A DNA stretch of 55,549 bases, the filler included, from Porpidia crustulata (taxonomy: Eukaryota), in assembly GCA_964255105.1 (NCBI GenBank). It is 5 parts of 5 records of this genome, joined end to end, with 100 filler letters (N's around TTAATTAATTAA, not from the genome) between each part and the next. Parts side by side here need not be neighbours in the genome. Positions count along the whole stretch, not along the records: positions 1 to 11,044 come from CAXUWE010000705.1; positions 11,145 to 22,184 come from CAXUWE010000706.1; 3 more parts are not named here. One strand, given 5' to 3'. Position numbers and translations under genes: made by a program. Shown here one piece after another: positions 1 to 11,894 of this stretch (its first letter is position 1; every line of letters starts with the position of its first letter). The notes under the pieces are model-generated. The model saw only the letters and a list, made by a program, of their open reading frames with translations. It ran no database searches and had not been told where the DNA came from.

Positions 1-2060
1 GAGGTGGTGATCGGGATGGGAAGAGGGTCGGATGATGAGGATGGTGTTGAGAGTAGAGAGGATAGAGAGGTCAATACGGAGCTGGGAGGGTGGAGGGTGG
101 GTATTGAGGGTAGATAGCAAGAGAGGGGGGGACAGGAAGGTAGCCAAGGCTATTGAAAGGTGGCCAGTGCCTTGGGCGATGACACCGGAGAGATAGAGGA
201 TGAAGAGCGAAATGGACTCGAGGGTTCCAGAGGTGAGAGCAGAGGCCGTGGATTTGAGCTCATTTAGTTGGATTGAGGCTGCCGGCCAAGAGGTGCGGGT
301 GCAGAGGAGGAAGGTGAGGTGGATTTGCATGTGGCACTTCAGGATTTGGCGCCTTTCTATGAGGGGTGCGACGACTGAAATGGAACGCGGAAGTGAAGGG
401 ACCTTGTCGAATTTTGCTGGTTCTGGATTTAGCAGATACATAGGCTAGTCGCAGAGCACTAACCTTCCTGTGTACGAATGCCTTCCCTAAGCATTTGTTC
501 TGCTTTTTGACCATCCAACGAGTTTCGGTGTGCCATAGCTATACTGTTCAATAGATAGCCAAGAACGTAGATGTCGTCTTTTGGCATCCAATTGAACATT
601 AATAGAAGTCTCCCATCTGCTTCGCTGCGAAGAAGGCCACCTTGGGTTGCTAATCTCAATGTTCCCGGATGAGCAATTGGAATGGCAAACGATCCGTCTT
701 CAGTCCAAGAGTGACCTTCTTTGACCTTTTCCAATATAGCCTGCATTGCTTGCATCTTTGAAGATGCTTGAGTGGGGTCGAATTTTTCTAAAGTGCAGCA
801 AAGGTCCGCAAATTGAATTAATGCGGTGAGTTGTGGAACGGATCCAACTGTGAGATCTAGTTGTGAGCTTCGGGCTACGGCCAGAGCATGTTGAGCTTGT
901 TCGATACTTTCAGCGCTGCTTGATTCGTGTAGGTGGACTAGAGCCTCTAGAACGCAAGCGATGGCCAAGATAGCCTTATCGCCCCAAGTACTCGATAGCA
1001 CTTGGATTTTTTTGAGGTTGCTCAACGCGGAGAGATTGTCTTGATGAGTCGAAAGATCAAGAGCTAAAAATACCCGTAGAAACCGGAATGCATACACCCA
1101 CGCGGTGTGCTGATAGCTAGACTTGTCTTAGTTAATGACAAAGTCAGTATTGAAGGAGACTCACGCTTCGACATCTTTGATTATACCGTCTAGAAACTTG
1201 AGGGATGCTCGATGATTTTCTCTGCATATCACTCGAGCAAGCAGATGTTGCATATTGTACTTGAGATCAAATAGGCGATGCTAAAAAAACCGTTAGCACA
1301 CACTTGCAGGGACCTTGAGACAAATGTACTCTTTCACATATAGCAATCTGAATTTATGTTAGTGCTTGTTCTCACTCTTATTCATGGTCTGGACATACAC
1401 CTTTACTCAATGCCTCTTCAGCTTCTATCGTATTCTCCGTTTCATCGTGTAAGATAGTTGCATACCGCAAACGAATGATAGCTTCCATAAGAGGCTTCAT
1501 TCTCCAATGCTACAGACATGAATCAAGTCTCAATAGACCAACAATACCTTCCCACTGACCTTGAGCACTGCTTCCAAGCATCCAAGACCGGTAGCGACGA
1601 GCTTGTAGTACTTCTTTAACTCCGTTTCTCGGCGATATAACGCGACCATCGAGCCCTCTTTATAAGCAGCCGCGAAATAATCTTCCGCCAAAGAGAAGAG
1701 AAGGAGCTGGTAGTCCAAGGGCGGAGCAGCATTAGTTTGCCGTTCAATTGGTCCTTGAGGATTGAATGCATTATGCTGAACATGGGATACTCCATTGGAA
1801 TAAGTTACATTCTGAGGCGCTGTCTGAGATGCCGATGATACGCTTGAACCGATGCTATGGACGTTACTCGGTATGAATGTGGGAGGAACTTGATGACCGG
1901 TGTGGAAAGCACCATTGTTGCGAGCAGGAACCCCATTGATTGGCACGACTACTCCTTGGAATTGCGCCCGTTGCGCCTGCCCACCAACCTCTCTATGGCA
2001 TGCTGAATTGTTGCCATTTTGACCCAACCATCTCTCGTCTGCGTTATTCATCGCTGTCAT
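1..2060 (-). CDS. Cohesin loading factor, Scc4/MAU2/Ssl3 family (multi-exon, 3' end runs off the window)
   Basis: Spliced translation: DYQLLLFSLAEDYFAAA...YYKLVATGLGCLEAVLK|HWRMKPLMEAIIRLRYATILHDETEN...ALSKG|IAICER|HRLFDLKYNMQHLLARV...|YQHTAWVYAFRFLRV, with GT-AG introns. Matches the fungal cohesin-loader family as I recall it. Start codon uncertain. Confidence 0.8.
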
Positions 2061-2313
2061 CAATTATTCATATTGAATGGATACTATCGATAAGGATCAA
2101 ACTCCAACGAGACGCCTATGCGGAACAACTTCGGTTCTTTCCCCATGCTTTGACCCACTGTGGTTCTGTGTTCGACTGCCCAGGGTGGATTTTCCCATGT
2201 ACATATTGATAAACCCTCAATAAATCGATCGAGCAGCAAGCATATCCGCGTTAATCGCCATCGATCTAGCCGCCGAGCCGAGGCACAATGCTGCCTTACG
2301 CCTCTATTGACAC

Positions 2314-2618
2314 TACTATGGTATCCGGGGTATTAATTGTTAGTACACTCGCTTAACACCCCTGCTAGCGTCTGATTCTCATTGCCAGAATATCCGGCCC
2401 CTAATTCAGCAAATTTTCACCTGTTCGATCAATCACTCAATTATCTGCTCAAGCACCTGCTAAAGCACTTGACACTATACACGCTCGTTGCCAGGCCATT
2501 ATTGATTCAAAAGGAGAACATACTAGATATTAGGATAGATATACTGGCCATAAACGATGTCAAATCGGGTATAGCCAAAAGCCACATACTAACAATTAAT
2601 ACCCCGGATACCATAGTG
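2314..2618. mobile_element. MITE-like element with perfect 31-bp terminal inverted repeats
   Basis: ACTATGGTATCCGGGGTATTAATTGTTAGTA (2315-2345) is the exact reverse complement of 2587-2617. AT-rich interior with no recognisable coding content. No clean target-site duplication. Confidence 0.75.
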
Positions 2619-2750
2619 GACTTGATATCATATACCTACATAGGCCCCATCATAGACCTTTCTTATGTGATCATTGTGCTTGCTATATTTCAAAGCCACG
2701 GTTTTGTTGCTAGCTCCGACTTCTAGTATACTATTGTGTAATAGAGTGAA

Positions 2751-4312
2751 ATGGACTTTTGGCGAATTCTCGGTCATTCGAGAATCTCCTTTTACCATCA
2801 CGAAGATTCAATGATATTGCCAACTAAAAATGGCAAAGGAGCTACTTTAGCGGAAGTTTGCAAATTGTCCACTCCACCTTGCCGTCTGAATCCCTTCTTG
2901 TTCAATGGACACTTACAGACATTTTGGACCGCTGCAAAATATCAAGATATACCGATATACTACAAGCGCAAGATTTTCGAAGCTGAGGATCCCGCATTTG
3001 CTGGAACTTTTTCTGTCGATTTTGTAGTTCCACCTTATGAAATTGAGGAAACCACTCTTCCGCCGAGAACTTCGCTGTTCAAAGATGCCGACTTTGATGA
3101 CATTGGATCTCTTGACACTAAGCCCATGCTTGTCACTCTTCATGGTCTCAGCGGTGGCTCTCATGAGATCTACATCCGGCACGTTTTGAGGCCCATTGTC
3201 GAGGCTGACTGGGAAGCATGTGTAGTCAATTCTAGGGGCTGTGCGATGAGCTCAATCACTACCCATGTGCTGTATAACGCAAGGGCTACCTGGGACGTTC
3301 GTCAAACCGTGAAATGGTTGAGGAAGAAATTTCCCAACCGATCACTATTTGGAATTGGGTACTCATTAGGCGCGAATATCTTGGTCAATGTACGTATTGT
3401 AGCTGAAACAGATTAGGGTGCTGAATTATAAAGATTTCTGATAAATTCGTCCTCTATGTAGTATTTAGGTGAAGAAGGATCAGGTTGTATGCTGAAAGCC
3501 GCAGTAGTATGTTCAAACCCGTGGAATTGCGAAGCAGGATCTTTAGCGCTTCAGCGGTCATGGCTTGGATTAGAAGTTTATTCTAAGGCTATGGGAGCAA
3601 ACATGAAAGCTTTGTTTGAGACGTAGGGAGCTGACGCGAAGGGATCTTGTAGCCTACATAGCTTACTGGATCTCATAGACATGTCGACGCCATCTCGAAA
3701 AACCCCAAAGTAGATGTCGAGAAAGTACGCAGTATCAAATATCTGCATGAGTTTGACAGGTAACTGCGTTCATTTCTGGAGTATTTCTGTGCTGAATAAT
3801 TCTTAGAGAATTACAAGGACCAACGTGGGGATATCCCACTGAAAGTGCCTATTACCGTGATGCTTCTTCGAGTGATTCTCTTTTGGCGGTCAAGATACCA
3901 CTCTTCGCTATCAATGCGGAAGATGATCCAGTATTTTCACAGCAATAGGTATATCTTGACTCTATCCTCTGACACAATGCAGATAGCAGTGAAGGAGGCA
4001 ATTCCGTTCCAGGAATTCAAGTTTAATCCGTTCACGGTTCTGTGCACGACAACTCTTGGAGGGCACCTCAGCTGGTTCGAGACTGGGGGCGGAAGATGGT
4101 TCTCAAAGCCTGTGAGACGAAGTACAGAGACGTCGAGACTTGGATACACTGACCAACCACAGGTCACCCAATTCTTAATGAGGATGGCTAACGAGGTGGA
4201 TTTGAGTAGGCTTACTCGAGATCTCGAACGGAGACCTAGGGACAAGAGCATGCTGGAGATGAAATGTCCAGACTTTAATCCAATGCGTAGGAAGCTGGAT
4301 GTGCGATTCTAG
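2751..4312 (+). CDS. Alpha/beta hydrolase, EHT1/EEB1/YMR210W (ABHD1-3) family acyltransferase/esterase
   Basis: Motifs LFNGHLQT, LHGLSGGSHE, NSRGC, nucleophile GYSLG and GGHLSWFE; several GT-AG introns. Confidence 0.88.
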
Positions 4313-4377
4313 CCGCAACGCACCTCATGCAGATATTGCTGTCTTCTTCGAGTTTATAGGCCTTTCTAAATGCCTTA

Positions 4378-5070
4378 CTACGCAAATGTGACCCATTTCC
4401 CACTGTTCCTGGCTCCTTTCACGATTGTGGAGTCACGCTGTAGCGGATCTTTGATAATAGCACTATCAGGCTTCCTATGTCGCTTCCGCCGCAGGGAGTC
4501 CTTAGTTTCCTCCTACCTCGATAGTCAATATTTCCAGATCCCTGGATATATGTACTCAACATACCAGCTTGGAATTTTTTTGCTCCTGCCTTGCTTCGGC
4601 TTCTTTTTGTCTAGCCTCCCTGATCTCTTCCATCTTTCTACTCTTCATCATCTTACTTTCTATTTGACCCTCTTTACTCGCGTTTACTATGGCAAGTATC
4701 GTCATCATACTTTCCTATTTAATCATATTTAGCCAAGGTAATGAGGTTATGCGACAATGAGATCACGCAGACTTGCCTCATCATCTATGAACACCTTCCC
4801 CTTCTTTCTACCCTTCGGCAAATCTACGCCAACAGGAGTGATCATATTTAATTTAGGGATATCGAGTTCCTTGTCGGTGTAGACTCTCCTCTTTTTCTTG
4901 ACAGGGCCGGAACTGGATTTAGTCTTCTGCTGCCTAGGTGGCGGGGCTTTTCGTCCAGATTTCTTTGAGATCCGGCTTTTCATGTTCGCTCCTATGGCGC
5001 TCTTCGTATTCTTACCTCCCTTGGCTCCCTTGGAGCTGACCTTATTCCGGACAGTCTTAATAGGTGCCAT
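4378..5070 (-). CDS. LOC1: 60S ribosomal subunit assembly/export protein Loc1 (3 exons)
   Basis: Basic protein [22 protein letters not shown]...[33 protein letters not shown]. First intron is GC-AG (4715-4776). Confidence 0.85.
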
Positions 5071-5300
5071 GATTTTAAGCGTAATATAAATTTGGACAAG
5101 AATTATTTGACAATGGATTTTAGCCGGTGCCGTGCCGTACAGCGCTTGCGGCTGATACTCTAGGCGTGATCGCGAACGTTTGCCGCCAGCCTCTTTCACA
5201 ATATATCCTAGGCAGTCAAGGTTCTTGAACGATATTTCACGGCTTGTGTATCCACCACTTCTAAATTCGCTGCTCCGTTACCTCACCAATCTTCCTAAAG

Positions 5301-6001
5301 ATGTCAAGTCATCGGCTCTTCCGTTTCCCGAAGCCGGAGTGGCTGAACAGCCCAAACATGCGAACAATAGGCGTCTACTTAGCTGGCGCATTGGTTTGTA
5401 AACCCTCGACAAGTTCATCCCTCCGAACGGAAGACTCGGCTAAGCTTGCTATGTAGTTTTCTCTGGGATTCTTCTTCTTTATCGATGCCTCCACCTATTC
5501 CCATTCCTCCAAAAACGCCGGTTCAGAGGTCCACATCAAATTTGTTGACTGGATCCCGGGCATTTGCTCAGCTTTGGGCATGTTGGTCATCAACTCAATA
5601 GAGAAGACGCGATTGAGCGCGGATAGCTACAGCTATTCGGGTACAGGTGTGGCGTGGAAGGCTAGGCTGGTGCTTTTTCTAGGGTTTGCGCTCATGGCCG
5701 GTGGGCTGGCCGGATCTGTGGTATATCAAAACTAGTGTGTTCTATCCTTTGAAACATCGAAATGCTGATACTCTGCCATCTAGGCTGTCCTTGTGCTCAA
5801 ATATGTCGTGCCGGAAAGAGGGTTTCCTACGCTATACTTTGGTATTGCTAATGTCGTTGCTAATGGACTCATCATGCTTAGGTATCGAAAATTTGTCCCT
5901 TGGCCGTTTCATGTTCCAATTCTAACAATTGTTACAGTTCTGTTGTTCTATGGGTATCCCAGAATATGGAAGACGATTACACCTACAATTTGGCCCTGTG
6001 A
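5301..6001 (+). CDS. VPS68: Vacuolar protein sorting protein Vps68 (UPF0220/TMEM50 family)
   Basis: Spliced translation MSSHRLFRFPKPEWLNS...GVYLAGAL|FSLGFFFFIDA...FVDWIPGICSALGMLVINSIEKTRL...AWKARLVLFLGFALMAGGLAGSV|...EDDYTYNLAL*. Confidence 0.88.
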
Positions 6002-6680
6002 TGTACCTTGTTCGACTAGTGTGTTCAGTGGAAGCAGGCGTGGTATGGGAGTAGGAGTAGCAGGTTTATATGCATGACTTTCATTAAGTAGCATGCCGGC
6101 CGTTGAATTATTGGCGTGGCATGTTTCTTTCACACATGTCGACCGCATCAATCGAGTACCTCCTGATAATCTGTATCACTTCACTATCGACATAATGTCA
6201 CCCATAGGCGACGTGTCTGGATGTCCTTTTAATTCGAGTTGAAACGAACGCATGTGACATCCTTGTGGCTTGATACCATGTAGCACACAACATTCCAATG
6301 GAAAATTAGAGAAGTAAATTGAAGATAGTATACTGCATTTCTCGAATTCAATGGGATTTCTGTAATTTTGTCACGATGTTACCGGACCGCAATCGTTTAT
6401 CAATCTCGTGCGTTAAGATATGTTGCCGCGTGAAAGAAGCAATAATTTCGTAGCATCGCGATTTGACACCATTTGATGAATTGTGAATCATTCCAGCCGC
6501 TGACTATTCAAAGTAGCCTGCAGGACCCTTGGGAGCTAAGGAGATCGAATCCTGGGTATTGATTAGATAGGACTAGCCTTGACCCCTGTCCAGAAATTCT
6601 GTAGCGCCATTCGCGAGAAATCAAAATCGCGTACGCAGCGTATACACTTCCCAATTTCAGCGTCATCGCATAGGTCCTGA

Positions 6681-9600
6681 ATGAACGTCAAGTCCATTAG
6701 AGGACTCGCAGGCACCCGAGAATATGTCTGTCTATCCTGTCAATTACGGTCTCGACTTTCGCACGCACAACAATTTTGGCGGCACCAACACACAAGCACT
6801 GAATCCGCCAGCCTTCCTACAAGTCAGCTAGCAGACCCCCCTCCTCTTTTGTCGACCAAATATACGAACAAACATGGTGTGAAGGGATCCAACAAGCCCA
6901 AAGCCACTGCGATCAGGTCGCTCAATCACAAAGCAAGAGTATTAGATGCCGCCCTCGAAGCCAAATTCGTAAAGAACCGCCGTGAAGATGGCCAATGGCC
7001 AGTGGGGGTACCTGCCACCGAAGACGTCTACAAGGCGGAGAAAAGAGCTCCCTTGAAAGAGGCTTCAAAGCCATTGAGAGTCAAGAAGGCTGTCAAAGGC
7101 GCTGGAAAGCACTCAAAAGCTCCGAAGCTGCAGGAGGAGTCTACGCCCTTATCAGCCAAAGCCCATAAGACTACTACGGATGGGAAGCCTGTCAGAGATG
7201 TAAGGCTTCTGAAAAAGGAGAGGCTTATCATAGAAGAGAAGCCTACTCTTGCTAGCATTCCTAAGACCCAGAAGTCTGATCGCCGAACACGAGATGCTTC
7301 GGCTACTAAGAAACCAAAGGGGTCCAAAACCATAAAGAAATCCAACTCCAAAGTTTCTGAGTCTACTCGAGCAAAAATAACAAGAGTCAAGGGAAAGACT
7401 AGGCTCAAGACTGTGCAAAGTCTATCCGATGATCCAAATTGGACAGCTGTAAGTCCTTTCACGAATATTTTCAACTCAATGACTGAGTCGTGGATGATTT
7501 AGCGCTCGATGGGGTCAGATGTCACTCCTGCACTAGAATCTAAGCCAAAAACCCGTACGACAGGGAACAAGTTTTCGCATTCTGAACCAAAGTCACGAAA
7601 TGCCTTTCTGAAATCTGGAAAGAACGCCGCCCCACGAAAAATAGCGACGAAGGAAGAAAGCCAAGCTCGGGCACTAGAGAAGAAAAATGCATACACAAAT
7701 CTCTCTAATGTGGTCGGCCATCAAGATCTCGAAGACGCTCTGCGTGCCGACGGTAGGGATAAGACCGTCAAGACTGCAAAGGCCGAGATTGAGAATATCG
7801 ATGCTGAAGATCTGATATTATCACGTGAGTATGCAGAAGTGAAAGAATCTGCAGAATGTCTGACATCCACTAGCACTTGAGGTTGACCGGCTTCCTGTAC
7901 CAACTCTAGCTTATGGCCTTGAACGCGTTCTCTTTAAGTAGGTCACACATGCTCTAATTTCGATAGTTGCCGCTGACTTTGACAGCCCGGGAGTCTACCA
8001 TCTACAAGATCCAAGATCTCGCGTTTTCAACTTCGATCCTTATCTGCAAAAGATCATGCCTGTCACTGAGTTTGATTTTGATGCCCTCAAAGAGTACATC
8101 ACGTCCTCCAAGGACCAGTCATTAAAGCAGCTTGCCCTGGCTTATGAAAAGCGTTACGTGGGGTCCACGTCTAGTATGACCGGAGCGTTGGCACATTTTC
8201 ATTTTCTACTTTCACAATGGCGAGAGATTAACACTAGCATGCTTTCTAAGAAATTTCCGGACAAGCTTCTGACCTTTACGGAGCTGCAGAGATGCCCGTC
8301 GGCCATCTTCTTGAGATGGCAGGACGGGTCCTATGCGATCGATGCAGATAAGCAGTTTGATAGCGCAAATATACTCATGATGCTGGGAAAGTCGATGGAG
8401 AAGTTACTGACCATGGACACTGGAAATTTTGAGAGGTATCGTAAATCGAATCCAGAGCAGGTCACTGATGAGGAGCGCAATGCACCAGAGTCTTTTCATT
8501 ACACGACTATGGGAGATCTTTTGATGCGATCACAACTAGACGCGTTTGATGCCCGTTTGCCCGGCACTGGCATGTTTGATCTGAAAACAAGAGCTGTGGT
8601 TTCCGTACGCATGGAACCAAGGAATCATGAGCAGGGCGTTGGCTATCAAATCAAAAGCAGCCAAGGCGAATGGGAATCTTTTGAGCGCGAATATTATGAT
8701 ATGATCAGGGCAGCTTTTCTCAAGTATTCTCTTCAGGTGAGGATGGGACGAATGGACGGTATCTTCGTCGCATATCACAATACGGAAAGGATATTTGGGT
8801 TTCAATATATTAGTATTGACGAAATGGACTTGACGTTGCACGGGCAGCGGAATACTTCCGTTGGGGACCAAGAGTTCAAGCTCAGTCTAGGTCTTCTGAC
8901 TAAGGTCTTGGATAAAGCGACAAAGAAATACCCCGAAAAGGTAAGTATATTGAAGGATTAATATCAGAATACAGGCTAATTCTAGAAGTCTCTACGAATT
9001 CACTTTGAGACTCGAGAAGTAGAAACACCTTTCATGTATATCTTTGCTGAGCCTGTTACTGAGGAGCAAATACAAAGCATACAGTCGCAAAACCACGAAA
9101 AAGTGGTAGCCTTTCAAAACAAATTACTAGGTCTTGAAGACGAAGTCTCAGAGTCAGATCAGCACAAGACAGAAACAGAAAAATGGGCAGTTATACAAGC
9201 CGGTGTACAAGAAGCAATGATTAAGGATGAGATGTCCGTGATAAATCCGAGCGAAGACACGGACGAATCAAATGAAGCTGCACCAGAAAGTCAGATCGAC
9301 ACAGAAAGGTCCGAGGTATTTGTAGATGGTCCCTTGTACAGGAATAGAAGCCTCGACGACGCAGATGGCAATGAAGTTGCGTCGGCCACTTCCGGCGGGG
9401 AAGAGGAGGAAAGGGATGACGAGGAACTGAAAGGTGAAGAAGTCGAATATGAGCCAGACGAGGGGACCGAGGAAAGCAAGGAGCGACAAGAGATCAACAG
9501 TGAAGACGAGGAGTTGATCGAGCCTGAAGATGAACCAGGCGAGGGAATCGAGGAAGGTGAGGAGCGACAAGAGATCGAAAACGAAGACGAGGAATTGATC

Positions 9601-10548
9601 GAGCTTGAAGATGAACCAGGCAAGGGAATCGAGGAAGGTGAGGAGCAACCACCGACCGATAATCAAGATGAGGATTTGATCGAGTTTGAAGAGGAACGGC
9701 ATGCACACTCCGAAGCCGAAGGTTTTAGTTTAGATAGAGTTGAGAATTCTGGCAAAGAGATTGATGTTGAAGACGTAAGCAGTGAATCAAACGGTATCGA
9801 GGGACATTTTGTAGGTGAAGCGGAGCTGAACGAGCTCGGGACCACAGTAGCAAACGACGCAGAGCAGAATGGCTCGGAAGGCCTTGAGTTAATAGAGGAA
9901 CTGAGCGCTCCAACTCATGCGGAAGAGGTAACCCATGAATCAGAGGTTGAAGAACAGGAGTTCGCGTTGATAACCCAGGGTGTTGCCACGGAGGATGATT
10001 CACCTGAAGTGAACGCGACTCAAGGGCGTGATCACACACAACTTGAAAACGGGAGCTCAGACCAAACCTTCAGCGACTCTGAGATAGAAGAGCGTTCAGC
10101 TTCGGACAGGACCGCTTTCGACACCACGGCTGACGAACCCTTTTTCGAAGAACTAGACGAAGAATTCAAGATTACTGCTAATTCGGAAGTCCTAGCCATG
10201 GTCCTTACCATTCGCAACAAAGTCAACGACAAATATGTCGAGCGTCCGAATGATCTGAATTCCTGCGACAAGTGGTCGATCGAATACTCCCTGCAGCAAG
10301 TCTCCAAGCCCAGCAGGGCGTGGAGTCTGTATTGTGCCTGCCAAGCGCGTAGGAAAAAGAAACTGGACAGTCTCGAGGAAAAGGTCGATAAGGAGAATGC
10401 CAACTATTATCTCCAGAACTTGAGGAAGCTAAGTCGGAAGGGGGCGATTTGGAGGGATGAGATGGATAAGAAAGACCAAGCGAAGAAGGCGGCCGTTGTT
10501 GGTCGGCCTGTTCCGTCGAGCGAAGAGAGCACAGAGTCTAGGGAGTAG
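6681..10548 (+). CDS. PET127: Mitochondrial RNA-processing protein Pet127
   Basis: Presequence-like basic N-terminus; core motifs GVYHLQDPRSRVFNFDPYL, GSTSSMT, MRSQLDA, GMFDLKTRAV, YSLQVRMGRMDGIFVAYHN; long acidic C-terminal insert. Confidence 0.92.
9451..9693 (+). repeat. Coding tandem repeat, 3 x 81 bp (27 aa), in the PET127 acidic region
   Basis: Units start at 9451, 9532 and 9613: EPDEGTEESKERQEINSEDEELIEPED / EPGEGIEEGEERQEIENEDEELIELED / EPGKGIEEGEEQPPTDNQDEDLIEFEE. Confidence 0.9.
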
Positions 10549-10933
10549 TGACTGCGATATTAGACCGGCTGTGAGAGGTATCAAGGTTCATATATTATAC
10601 TCTACGTTGCTCGGGCTTGTTCCCAAGGGTGTAAGTGACTACTGGGTATCCGGGTTGAGATATAATCCTTCGAATTGTTGATATATCTAATTTATTCTTA
10701 TGTAATACCATATCCGAGACAGGACTTTACTGTAACATTGAATAGTAATAGCAATGAAACACCCAAGTCCGTTACCAGTTCATCTCGCTGGTGGTTCCTC
10801 ACAGCAGACATCCATGTCCGTAATCGATTGAATATCTTCGGATTTAAGAAATGCAATTCCTGAAGAGCCAATGATACATCCATACAGAACCAACCTTTCT
10901 CTTCCCACCCCCAAATCTGCAGATAGGCGCACC

Positions 10934-11044
10934 ATGTCCCGCAACCCAACCAAAACCTCCAAAGAAATCGACAATGCCACATCCGAAGCCCTCCGCGGCG
11001 CCGTCGTCGGCCCGGGCGATCTCGAGGTCGCGGCCGGTGGATGC
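10934..11044 (+). CDS. 5' fragment of a small hypothetical protein, truncated by contig end
   Basis: ACCATG context and C-rich codon usage; MSRNPTKTSKEIDNATSEALRGAVVG. Confidence 0.4.
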
Positions 11045-11144
11045 NNNNNNNNNNNNNNNNNNNNNNNNNNNNNNNNNNNNNNNNNNNNTTAATTAATTAA
11101 NNNNNNNNNNNNNNNNNNNNNNNNNNNNNNNNNNNNNNNNNNNN
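11045..11144. other. Synthetic contig linker
   Basis: N44-TTAATTAATTAA-N44, with stops in all six frames. Confidence 0.98.
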
Positions 11145-11584
11145 CCCACTGGCCCACCATCCCCATCGAAGTCGAACCCCTCGCCGCCCGCTCCGTCCTC
11201 GCCTCCCTCACCCACCTCGGCTCCACCGGCCCCGAGATCCGCGCCGGCCACCTGCAAAAAGCCGGGCCCATCAAAACCGACCAGGACAACTTCATCATCG
11301 ACGCGCCGTTCCCCACGCTGCTGCTGAAATCGGATTCGGAAGACGTGGAGGCGGGCGGTGCAAAGAGGCGGTGGGAGGTGGAGCGGTTGGCGGAGCAGAT
11401 CAAGCTGATCGAGGGGGTCTTGAGCGTCGGGCTTTTTTGCGGCATGAACGGGCTGGAGGCGCAGGGCAAGGGTTCGAGTATGGGAGGGCAAAAGCCTGTG
11501 GCGGCTTATTTTGGGATGGAAGATGGGAGTGTGGTCGTGAGGGACTCGGATCAGATCAAAGGGCTGGCGAAGGAGAAAGCGTAA
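11145..11584 (+). CDS. RKI1: Ribose-5-phosphate isomerase A, C-terminal part (5' truncated)
   Basis: IPIEVEP...KAGPIKTDQDNFIIDAPF...IKLIEGVLSVGLF...AAYFGMEDGSV. Confidence 0.88.
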
Positions 11585-11894
11585 GTGCGGAGCAGAAAGT
11601 GTATGTGTTGTAGACTCGACATTTTGACATGTTGGGAAGTTGACATACTGGGCGTTGGAATCAAAACAACATTTCATGTAAAGAGATAATCTAGTTAGAA
11701 AACATCTATGTAGAGGCAGCGGAAAACGACCGATAGACCAAAAACATGAAATGAAAAGCGTTGCTCGAACTAAAACATGCGCGAACGCGACATAGATAAG
11801 TTACGTGTGCCTATGAAAGTAAGATGAAATCGCAAAAAGCGTGTCGCTTCCTCCCCCATTAAATCTCCCTCCAATATGCCTCAATCGAACTTCC

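Noticed and set aside
2382..2726. 114-aa ORF between the Scc4-like and EHT1-like genes
   Set aside because: Non-ATG start, overlaps the MITE, and has no transposase motifs
6530..6560. GGAGATCGAATCC resembling a tRNA T-loop/B-box
   Set aside because: No acceptor, D or anticodon stems can be formed around it
9268..10403. Several antisense ORFs within PET127, and similar ones in RRP3, SSF1, GST and the F-box gene
   Set aside because: Shadow ORFs arising from codon bias or low complexity of the real genes
11089..11100. TTAATTAATTAA recurring at ~11.1-kb spacing as a biological repeat or piggyBac TTAA site
   Set aside because: Always centred in fixed-length N runs; it is a synthetic six-frame stop linker
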